This document shows, piece after piece, positions 1-7,518 of a DNA stretch of 27,936 nucleotides. Location: the NCBI GenBank assembly GCA_048939765.1, contig JBHLPF010000037.1, forward strand, positions 8,353-36,288, in the 5' to 3' direction. Each line of letters starts with the position of its first letter. Within the stretch, counting starts at the first letter, position 1. Both the position numbers and the translations under genes were made by a program. The DNA comes from Promethearchaeota archaeon. Its GTDB lineage: Archaea > Asgardarchaeota > Thorarchaeia > Thorarchaeales > Thorarchaeaceae. The notes beneath the pieces were generated by a model. The model was not told the DNA's origin, ran no database searches, and was given only the letters and a program-made list of their open reading frames with translations.

Positions 1-2
1 TC

Positions 3-776
3 TTCATGATGAACAGTATCATCACGTGTTTCATTTACTCCCAGCTGAAGAACAACAGCTGCGAGTTTCTCTTTATCCTCTTCTGCTTCAACAGACTTCT
101 CCAGGTCCAGAAGGATATTTCTGGATTCCTGAAACATTCCAAGCTCTGTAAGTACGCAGGAATAGTTAAACATCGTTTCAAATAGCAGATCCTGATTCGC
201 CATTCTTGCGGCGAGCTTAGAGAGTCGATTAAGTAGAACCTCAGCACCAACGAAGAAACCCTCTTCTATCAAGATGCTTGTGAGATAGTGCACTTCATGA
301 ATAGCAAGGGCAGTTGAAGCTTCATGCCCGCGCGAATGAATAGCGTCAAGTGTCATTGACACCTCGTCAATTATGAAAGGTAAGAGAGGCCTCAGATTGA
401 GATTCAATGCAGATGTGACGGAATAGGAAAGTTGGCCCAAGATATCAAGCAATTGGGGAATTGCCTCAATGTCGGGCAGGAGTTCTGTTTCACTTCGACG
501 GAAGGCATTTGTGTATCGAACATCCAAAAGAGCGAGCATCTCTGGAAGGATACGATTCTCTTTGAATGAAAGACGGACCGTCAATTCCGTGAGTTTGGCG
601 CTCGCCAACCCAGGCCTTCGTAAGATAATCTCCTCGAGAACACGTGCAATCTCAAACAGTAGCTCGTTTTCAGATGTATTGCCTATTGCTAGATTCTGAA
701 TCGCTGAGAGACCGTCATCAAGAGACAACGACGCACATAATACATCTCTCAGTGTGACAATCAGCAATGACTCCAC
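3..776 (-). CDS. Partial (runs off the left edge) alpha-helical, TPR-like protein
   Basis: Not in the ORF track; translated by hand. GTG at 776-774 is preceded by a GAGGAG Shine-Dalgarno, and the frame stays open to the window start (VESLLIVTLRDVL...FFVGAEVLLNRLSKLAARMANQDLLFETMFNYSCVLTELGMFQESRNILLDLEK...). The Leu/Ala/Glu-rich helical pattern is TPR-like. Confidence 0.7.
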   Translation of the reverse strand, partial: MESLLIVTLRDVLCASLSLDDGLSAIQNLAIGNTSENELLFEIARVLEEIILRRPGLASAKLTELTVRLSFKENRILPEMLALLDVRYTNAFRRSETELLPDIEAIPQLLDILGQLSYSVTSALNLNLRPLLPFIIDEVSMTLDAIHSRGHEASTALAIHEVHYLTSILIEEGFFVGAEVLLNRLSKLAARMANQDLLFETMFNYSCVLTELGMFQESRNILLDLEKSVEAEEDKEKLAAVVLQLGVNETRDDTVHHE

Positions 777-822
777 GTTGGACTCTCCTCTTCCAGACTC
801 ATCTCTTCGAGGCGTCTCATCG

Positions 823-834
823 CTTTAAAGTCTT
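823..834 (-). promoter_or_regulatory. Putative archaeal BRE/TATA promoter for the TPR-like gene
   Basis: Minus-strand AAGACTTTAAAG about 50 nt upstream of the GTG at 776. Confidence 0.35.
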
Positions 835-849
835 CACAGAAAGGGCTCA

Positions 850-1560
850 TCATTCTAGAACGAAGTCATTCCAGACCCTAGATGTGTCTGTGCCTCGCAT
901 TCTCTCCATTCTAACCTTGTAATTGGGTGTATCACCCTCATCATCAATCTTGAAGCGAAGGACCGCATCCGCCATGTAAGAGAATGTTGCGTAAATCTTC
1001 TCTTCATGGACACCTTCCTCAAGAATAAACATGATACTATGAGAACTCTCCGTGACTCGGCCGCTGAGCCTTTGAACTGCTCTTGGCATCGTAGCTGGAT
1101 TGGAATGAAGAATGAGTGTTGATAGACTATCAACAACAACTCGAGCAACAACAAGTTCATCCAAGACCTCAGAAAGCACAATTCCTAGCTCACTGATATC
1201 GTCAACTTTGGCGAGAGAGTGAGCGGTGCTAGATTTGGGAGCACCCATGCGTTCGGAGTAGCCATCGATGAATACAAACTGGCCGGAATGTTCAAACTCA
1301 TCAATGGACCATCCATGGCGGCTCATATCATTCCTAATGACTCTTGGAGAAACATCAGTTGTCACAAAGACTGCTGGAAATCCAAGCCTGAGGCCGTCAT
1401 AGAGGAAGGCTTCAGCGTAGGTCGTCTTCCCAGAGCCCAAAGGACCAAGAAGAATATACGAAACCTGAGTGAGCTGGCCAAATTTGACCAGATCCCCGAT
1501 CATTGGCCGTGCAGTGGCCGGTGGGGGTTCAGTGGCTTTCGACTTTGTTTCTTCTCCCAA
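850..1560 (-). CDS. Single-domain KaiC/RAD55-family RecA-superfamily ATPase (degenerate catalytic EE)
   Basis: Walker A GPLGSGKT; VFVTTDVSP in place of the KaiC 'TFEE' motif; Walker B VVVDS; SYMADAVL; MERMRG arginine-finger motif. Confidence 0.85.
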   Translation of the reverse strand: MGEETKSKATEPPPATARPMIGDLVKFGQLTQVSYILLGPLGSGKTTYAEAFLYDGLRLGFPAVFVTTDVSPRVIRNDMSRHGWSIDEFEHSGQFVFIDGYSERMGAPKSSTAHSLAKVDDISELGIVLSEVLDELVVARVVVDSLSTLILHSNPATMPRAVQRLSGRVTESSHSIMFILEEGVHEEKIYATFSYMADAVLRFKIDDEGDTPNYKVRMERMRGTDTSRVWNDFVLE

Positions 1561-1586
1561 TAGTCACGCCTCAAGTTCTATAGATT

Positions 1587-2336
1587 CTATACTCCAGTAC
1601 TGATTTCCGCTGGCCATACTCTGATGCCTTCATCCGTTATCCTCATCGAGTGGATTCGTGAGCTGTGTTTTGAACCTCGGAGTTTCAATATCTCTATTGA
1701 TCGTGACCTTGATGTATCGCTGATCATCTCATTGTAGAGTACAATGACACCACTGGCCAAGAATGCTTCGATGTCAAACACACCGAGACCACCATCATGT
1801 TGTGCCGGAATCTCACTTGTAAGGATTAGTGTTGTATCTGCACGCGTTATGTTGGCGGCAAGCTTGAAGAACTCTTCGCGGAGGATGTCACGGCTCCGAA
1901 ACTTATAGGCTAGAATCGTAAGTGTATCAATCACGACTCTCTTGGCACCCAGCTTGTTCACATGATTGAGGATTATTGCTTCCAAGCCTGAGAGGTCAAA
2001 GCTTGGATACTCACCGATCTTCATCGGAGTGACCTCCTTGGACGGAGACAGGTCTACGATAGCCAACTTCTTCTTCTTCACCAGTGCATCGAGGTCCATT
2101 CCAAATCGCATCATGTTTCTCTTGATTGAATCCGGAGATTCTTCCAGGGTCACAAGAACTCCTGGCTCATTATACTGGGTTGCACCATTATACAGGAACT
2201 GATTTGCCATGATACTCTTTCCCGTACCTGCTCGACCTGCGATGAGGATCGTATCACCTTTTGGGAATCCTCCCTCAATTAGCTCATCCAATCCTTGAAT
2301 CCCAGTCTTTACTCTCTCTATAGTGAAATCGCTCAC
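1587..2336 (-). CDS. kaiC: Single-domain KaiC-family ATPase, strongly resembling the KaiC CI domain
   Basis: TGIQGLDELIEGGFPKG, Walker A GRAGTGKS, QFLYNG...EPGVLVTLEESP, DLSP...FDLSGL, RVVIDT, RSIEILKLRGSKH. Confidence 0.85.
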   Translation of the reverse strand: MSDFTIERVKTGIQGLDELIEGGFPKGDTILIAGRAGTGKSIMANQFLYNGATQYNEPGVLVTLEESPDSIKRNMMRFGMDLDALVKKKKLAIVDLSPSKEVTPMKIGEYPSFDLSGLEAIILNHVNKLGAKRVVIDTLTILAYKFRSRDILREEFFKLAANITRADTTLILTSEIPAQHDGGLGVFDIEAFLASGVIVLYNEMISDTSRSRSIEILKLRGSKHSSRIHSMRITDEGIRVWPAEISTGV

Positions 2337-2671
2337 TTTGATTCACCTCTCTTGGAAGTCACTTTCGCTCCCAGAATCATCTTCATTATCATATCAGGCT
2401 CTGGAATTCCCGTCACTGAAACACCACCAATCATTGTAGTTGGGAGTGCGAATATTCCAAACTCCTCTGCAGCTTCGGGATTCTCACTCACATTAATGAC
2501 CTTGAGAGAGAAAAGCCCTCCTCCGAAATCGGTCAGGGTTTCTCTCAGAACCTCTTCAGCCCTAGGGCAGAATGCACATGTATCGGACTTGAATAGGACT
2601 ACCTCAACGGTATCGTCATCTTCTTCGTCCTCCCCATTCAGGGAGTCCTTTGGTTCTGCTTTTTCAGCCAA
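2333..2671 (-). CDS. Thioredoxin-fold redox protein (CAFC), MJ0307/MTH807-type with KaiB-like segment
   Basis: CxxC (CAFCP), then LKVINVSENPEAAEEFGIFALPT with the cis-Pro motif; acidic N-terminal extension; 4-bp overlap with the downstream kaiC. Confidence 0.85.
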   Translation of the reverse strand: MAEKAEPKDSLNGEDEEDDDTVEVVLFKSDTCAFCPRAEEVLRETLTDFGGGLFSLKVINVSENPEAAEEFGIFALPTTMIGGVSVTGIPEPDMIMKMILGAKVTSKRGESK

Positions 2672-2721
2672 ATAATGGCACTCCTGAGCCTAGAGATATC
2701 AGGGTGAAGCAGTAGAATCAA

Positions 2722-2733
2722 CTTAATAGTTTT
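2722..2733 (-). promoter_or_regulatory. Putative BRE-TATA promoter of the trx-kaiC-kaiC unit
   Basis: Minus-strand AAAACTATTAAG about 50 nt upstream of the TTG start at 2671; AGGAG Shine-Dalgarno just upstream of the start. Confidence 0.45.
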
Positions 2734-2764
2734 GACGACCTAGTAAGGTGGCCAAGGTCTATAA

Positions 2765-3154
2765 TCATCGATACCTCAGTATCTTACGAATCTTGGTTGC
2801 AGCCTTACCTACAGCTCTTGAGTGATAACGCACATTCCTAGGCATTATCGTCCCAAGTATCAATGCCTGGGTCCCTTGAGATGAAATCCTTCTAAACACT
2901 GCTTTGCCTTCTGAACATCGAACGGATATATCCTTAGTTTCTCCAAGGGAGAGCTCATTTCTCACCCGTTCTACTGTGTCTGCAATATGACCAGCCATTG
3001 CAGCCACCACATCGATGTTGGTTGTCGGTGACACTGCATAAGCCATGACCAATCCGTCATCTCTAGCAAGGACTGATGTTGTAAATCCGCCCTCCTTATT
3101 CATTTCCTCTAACGTTTCAGTCAACGCTCGATAATCCGGACGCTCCGAGGTCAT
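2765..3154 (-). CDS. Roadblock/LC7 (MglB/LAMTOR-like) domain protein
   Basis: 129 aa; helix, then SVLARDDGLVMA, VAAMA, ELSLGETKDISV: the typical Roadblock pattern. Confidence 0.88.
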   Translation of the reverse strand: MTSERPDYRALTETLEEMNKEGGFTTSVLARDDGLVMAYAVSPTTNIDVVAAMAGHIADTVERVRNELSLGETKDISVRCSEGKAVFRRISSQGTQALILGTIMPRNVRYHSRAVGKAATKIRKILRYR

Positions 3155-3337
3155 AACATCATCCCTTGGATGGAAACGATTTGCGCATTTCCCTATTAAA
3201 CGTGCTGGGGATACTGTATCGCCGGGGTCCCATCTGTGAAACCAGTCACTGTCAGCAATGTGTATCTATTGGAGATTGTGGCCGCATTACAATTAAAAGT
3301 AGGATTCAGCAGTGCTCAAGGGCTAGGAGACCAATGA

Positions 3338-3886
3338 ATGCCGAGAGAGTATCGCCTGAAAATCGTCATGCTAGGTGATGGTGCAGTAGGAAAGACAGCA
3401 CTGACAATTAGATTCACCGAAGGGGGATTTGAGGCGGACTATAAGAGGACCATTGGCGCCGACTTCGCCCTTAAGGGAATTGAACTTAAGGACCTGGATG
3501 CTAATGTCACATGCATTGTTTGGGATCTCGCCGGCCAGCCTCGTTTCGAGTCAGTCCGCCAGGGTTTCTATCGAGGAGCTCGTGGAGGGCTTTTGGTGTA
3601 TGATGTAACCCGCCGTCGTACATTTCTCAATATCGACGATTGGAAGAATGAATGTTTCACCAATCTTGGAAATCCAATTCCGCTTGTAGTTGTGGCCAAC
3701 AAAGTAGACCTCGAAGACAGCCGCGTGGTGTCTAGAGAGGAAGGAACGGAGTACGCTAAGAACCACAATTTCCTGTATGTTGAGTCGAGTGCACTCACAG
3801 GTGAGAACGTAGAGGAGGCATACGCCACTCTTTGCAGAAGGGTTCTAACTGAGGGAAATGAAAGGGTGAGAAACAACAAAGGGTAA
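3338..3886 (+). CDS. Rab-like small GTPase (Ras superfamily)
   Basis: G1 GDGAVGKT, G2 T in YKRTIGADF, G3 WDLAGQ, G4 NKVD, G5 ESSAL; RabF-like IGADF, FYRGA and LVYDVT; no C-terminal prenylation Cys. Confidence 0.93.
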   Translation: MPREYRLKIVMLGDGAVGKTALTIRFTEGGFEADYKRTIGADFALKGIELKDLDANVTCIVWDLAGQPRFESVRQGFYRGARGGLLVYDVTRRRTFLNIDDWKNECFTNLGNPIPLVVVANKVDLEDSRVVSREEGTEYAKNHNFLYVESSALTGENVEEAYATLCRRVLTEGNERVRNNKG

Positions 3887-3979
3887 TGGTTCTAGGTGTT
3901 CCTTTCAAGCTGATTGCGCCACGCCGACTTGAGGAGGCGCTTGGAATAGTATGAAAAGCTCACTCAACTGAACCATCGC

Positions 3980-3992
3980 AATAAGTATTAAG
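3980..3992 (+). promoter_or_regulatory. Putative TATA box for the HEAT/appendage gene
   Basis: AATAAGTATTAAG about 40 nt upstream of the ATG at 4028. Confidence 0.35.
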
Positions 3993-4027
3993 ACAAGCGC
4001 GGTCGAGCACGAAGGGCGAGGCCTAGA

Positions 4028-5230
4028 ATGTCAGACAAGAATGGCAAGTCATCGACTCAACAGCCTGATAGCGTTCCCATGCGTGGCTTGAAGAGAGCTG
4101 CAGGCCGGCTATTCAAACCGAAAGAGGACAAACTCAAGAAGGTACTATCAACACTTTCATCGATTCAGGCCTGCAAGGATGCAGCCATTACTGGCGAGGA
4201 GGAGTTGAGGCTTCTTGCAGTCTGCAGACTGGGAGACTATGGTTCGAAGTCATTTGATACCCTGGACATAACCTTGAATGACGAGAGCAAAGTCATTCGA
4301 GCGATGACTGCAGGAGTGCTCGCTACAATAGAGGATAATAGAGCGATACCGATTCTTGAAGCCCACGCGTCTGACGATGATGAGATAGTGAGAGAGGCTA
4401 TCGGCTTTGCATTGGAATGGTTAGAGAATCGTGGTCATGAAGTTGAAGATGAACTCCTAATCCCTGAAAAGTCATCTGAGGAAGAGCAGATTGTCGAGTC
4501 TACACCAATTCGAACGAGTGATGATGTTCTTGTTACAAATGGGTACCAAGTATCCAACTCTAGACTGCTATTCAGAAGCATCATAGTCAACAAATCTACT
4601 GAAGCAATTTCGAACGTTACTGTCAGAATCATGTCATTTCCTGCAGACAGCCTCTTAGCTCCATATGCGGATACGCAGATAATTCCTTCAATTGAATCAG
4701 GCAAATCGAACTCAGTTGAGTTCGAATTCTTCGTTAACTCGGAGGCAATTGAAGGTGAAATAGTATCTTCAGTGATCTTCGTGAATGGTAATGACGAAAA
4801 GATTGCTGCAAAATCAGGCATTTGCTTCATCAGGTCAATATATTCTCAGATTGAGCCATTTGAGATGACCGCGGATGAGTTTCAAGCAATGAAGAAAGGG
4901 AAGAATACATGGAATCGAGAACATGTCATTGAGGTCGAGGCAAATACCCTCTACAAACTAGTGAAGAAATTGGCCAAACGATATAATCTCCACTCCTTCA
5001 GAGCAGAATCAAAAACAAAAGAGGGAATGCTAATGGGAGTTGTTGCTGGTGCAGGAATAGGGAAGTTCAGCGACGCCCGTTTGGCTGTCACAATAACTCT
5101 CGTCGGGAAGGTCGGTGAAGGAATCTCAAAGGTCAGAATTGATGTAATGTCAGATGACTCGGAATTAATTCAAATAGCTGCAAGCGAGTTCTTTGAACGA
5201 CTGCAAATTGAGATTCAGGTTATTGAATGA
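4028..5230 (+). CDS. HEAT-repeat protein with C-terminal coatomer/adaptin appendage-like (Ig sandwich plus platform) domain
   Basis: HEAT repeats (LNDESKVIRAMTAGVLA; ASDDDEIVREAIGFAL), an acidic linker, an Ig-like segment (IVNKSTEAISNVTV...IESGKSNSVEFEF), then IEPFEMTADEFQAM and VRIDVMSDD, resembling the beta-COP/alpha-adaptin appendage. Confidence 0.7.
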   Translation: MSDKNGKSSTQQPDSVPMRGLKRAAGRLFKPKEDKLKKVLSTLSSIQACKDAAITGEEELRLLAVCRLGDYGSKSFDTLDITLNDESKVIRAMTAGVLATIEDNRAIPILEAHASDDDEIVREAIGFALEWLENRGHEVEDELLIPEKSSEEEQIVESTPIRTSDDVLVTNGYQVSNSRLLFRSIIVNKSTEAISNVTVRIMSFPADSLLAPYADTQIIPSIESGKSNSVEFEFFVNSEAIEGEIVSSVIFVNGNDEKIAAKSGICFIRSIYSQIEPFEMTADEFQAMKKGKNTWNREHVIEVEANTLYKLVKKLAKRYNLHSFRAESKTKEGMLMGVVAGAGIGKFSDARLAVTITLVGKVGEGISKVRIDVMSDDSELIQIAASEFFERLQIEIQVIE

Positions 5231-5236
5231 CATAAC

Positions 5237-6040
5237 CTACTGACCTAGAAGCTTCAATAGCGTCACTTCGCTGAGAAGACCTAGCTTTTCTGCAATGCCT
5301 TCAACAGCGAGAAGTGCAGGCGAATGGTCGGGCAGATCAAAAACAGGCTTACCCAGATAATTCAATTCTGCTACTTTATCATCGTTTGGAATCATGCCTG
5401 CAAGAAAGAGTTCATTCTCCTCCAGTCCATTTGAAACAGCTTCAACAAGATTTGTCGGAATCCGATTACCAATCACTACAAGCTTCTTGAAGTCAATATG
5501 CACCTCCTTCGCGAGGTCTCTTATTCGCAGGGCTGCTTCAAAGGCAGCTCGGGAGGAGTCAATGACTATAATGAGAATGTCGACATTTCGATTGGTACGA
5601 CGACTGAAATGCTCGAGACCTGCGCTCATATCAAGTAGAGTAATCTCATAATTCAAGGTCAGAGTGTCGAGAATCTGTGTGAGGATTCTGTTGACATAGC
5701 AGTAGCATCCTTCACCTTCTGTGCGACCCATTGCCAAGAAATCATATCGGTCGCCTTCAATGAGAGCCTCGAAGATCTCTCCTTCAAGAATGTCTTGTTT
5801 CGCTGCAGAGGCAGGTAGAGTTCCGTCATCAATGTTTTTCCGCATCCTGGTGGCAATTTCCCCAACTGATGCTGGAATATCGACTCCCATAGCTCGAGGG
5901 AGATTCATCACAGGGTCTGCATCAACCAGAAGCAATGACCGTTGGGTCTTCTCTGCAATAGTTCTGGATAGGAGTCCGGCGGTGGTGGTCTTTCCAACGC
6001 CACCTTTTCCGGATACTGATATCACTAGACGCTCTTTCAT
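5237..6040 (-). CDS. cooC: CODH/ACS nickel-insertion ATPase CooC/AcsF
   Basis: SGKGGVGKT, LVDADP, GEGCYC nickel-binding CxC, DMSAGLEH. Start set at ATG 6040 (MKERLV) behind a GGAG site. Confidence 0.9.
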   Translation of the reverse strand: MKERLVISVSGKGGVGKTTTAGLLSRTIAEKTQRSLLLVDADPVMNLPRAMGVDIPASVGEIATRMRKNIDDGTLPASAAKQDILEGEIFEALIEGDRYDFLAMGRTEGEGCYCYVNRILTQILDTLTLNYEITLLDMSAGLEHFSRRTNRNVDILIIVIDSSRAAFEAALRIRDLAKEVHIDFKKLVVIGNRIPTNLVEAVSNGLEENELFLAGMIPNDDKVAELNYLGKPVFDLPDHSPALLAVEGIAEKLGLLSEVTLLKLLGQ

Positions 6041-6102
6041 TCTTCTTACTCCCAATAGGAAAGAGGGGCATTTTGCCCCTATGACCATTTAGGTATGGTA
6101 TC

Positions 6103-7518
6103 TTACTCTTCTTTCCATTTGCCTTCTTGGAGATACTTTGGTATTCCGCTGGAGTCTTGTGGACCAACCTTAACAGTCCAACCAGATGTTTCTTCGGTCT
6201 CCCCACTGATTCTAGCAGCCATTCCTGGACTGATGAGAATCTTGTGCTTGACCTTCTCAGATATCTTGGATTCTTCAAGAGCTTCTGCCACCTTCTCTGC
6301 AGTCAGCTTCCTACCGGCTACTGCGGATTGGACGCTCATTCCTTCAGTATCTACCACCACAAGATAGGCGTTTACTCCTGCCTGCTTGATATCGCTCTCT
6401 ACTGTGAAGTAGGTGAGGGCAAAATTGGTGGTGTACATCACTGGCGATTCCGGCCCTACATCGCCAAACTCCTGAAGTCCAGATTCAACTGCCACCGGCT
6501 TCACAGGATCTGTATAGAGGTTGCTGCGCAGAAATGTGAGTGGCAGATCGGTCCACATGTCTAGGCTATGGATTACAATAGCATCCGAGTATCGAACTAT
6601 CATCGCTGCAGCTGTTAATACCTCATCCCATTTAGTCAACTCTGGTGCAGCACCTTCCTTGTGGTCAGCCCAAACTGAGATAGGTGTTGCAAGCAGTGGA
6701 TAGCCAACAAGCTCGTTATCCTCAATAGTCGCTGCCCTTCTGAGCTGCGTGAAGTTATCAACTGTGGTACCAAGACCCGCTCGCGAAGCAGTTCCAGGGT
6801 CGAGGACAATCTCATCGACACCCATGGCTCTTAATGTATTAACAAGACTAGCTAGGTCGTCAAGTCCGCTAGGCGCGTACGCCACCAAAGGAAGGTTGTG
6901 TTTCACAGCAATGTTTCCAACGGCTGACCACGTGTCTAACGTCGCTGCGTAAAGCAGAGGTCGCTTGTCTGCAATTACATTTGCCGCTGCTGCTAGCATC
7001 TCAGGATCTAGCGAACATAGGATGATGGGCCAATCCGTAATCTCTGTCAATTTCTTTGCACTCTTCGCGAAGGCCTGTGGGTCCTGCGACACTCCTCTAA
7101 GTGCAATCCCATCAAGTCGTAGATTCTGCCCGATATAGACGTACGTCCAATCTTCAATGGCTTTGACTCTTTGGGTCAAAGCTTCACTCTCAAGTGTATC
7201 ATCCACATCAATAAAGAAGGATATTGGATTCGAGTATCTGAGGTCATGCCTGTATAGGACTAGTTTTCCGCCAATGGAGGCTGCCTTTTCCCCCATCCCT
7301 ATGACTACTTCTCTTACTGGAGGACGAATGAGATCTTCAAGCTTCGTGAGCTTCTTGGCATACTTAGCCTCTTTGTATAGAGGCGTACAAGCAGCCAGCT
7401 TCACTGTATACTCAGCTAGCTTGGTTGCAAAAGCCATGCAATTGGCCTCACCGCACTCTTGGCAATTGGTACCGGGCAATAGAGGATAGATGTCCAACGG
7501 ACCTGGGAGCTTCGCCAC
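6103..7518 (-). CDS. cdhE: Acetyl-CoA decarbonylase/synthase gamma subunit (corrinoid Fe-S protein, large subunit)
   Basis: LPGTNCQECGEANCMAFA Fe-S motif, LYTDPVKP, TTNFALTYFTVESD, GPQDSSGIPKYL. Confidence 0.96.
   Translation of the reverse strand: MAKLPGPLDIYPLLPGTNCQECGEANCMAFATKLAEYTVKLAACTPLYKEAKYAKKLTKLEDLIRPPVREVVIGMGEKAASIGGKLVLYRHDLRYSNPISFFIDVDDTLESEALTQRVKAIEDWTYVYIGQNLRLDGIALRGVSQDPQAFAKSAKKLTEITDWPIILCSLDPEMLAAAANVIADKRPLLYAATLDTWSAVGNIAVKHNLPLVAYAPSGLDDLASLVNTLRAMGVDEIVLDPGTASRAGLGTTVDNFTQLRRAATIEDNELVGYPLLATPISVWADHKEGAAPELTKWDEVLTAAAMIVRYSDAIVIHSLDMWTDLPLTFLRSNLYTDPVKPVAVESGLQEFGDVGPESPVMYTTNFALTYFTVESDIKQAGVNAYLVVVDTEGMSVQSAVAGRKLTAEKVAEALEESKISEKVKHKILISPGMAARISGETEETSGWTVKVGPQDSSGIPKYLQEGKWKEE

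Noticed and set aside
850-2336. Frameshifted or broken two-domain kaiC pseudogene
   Set aside because: Each half has its own start, ribosome-binding-like site and stop, separated by a 26-nt spacer, and the second is too divergent for a recent split.
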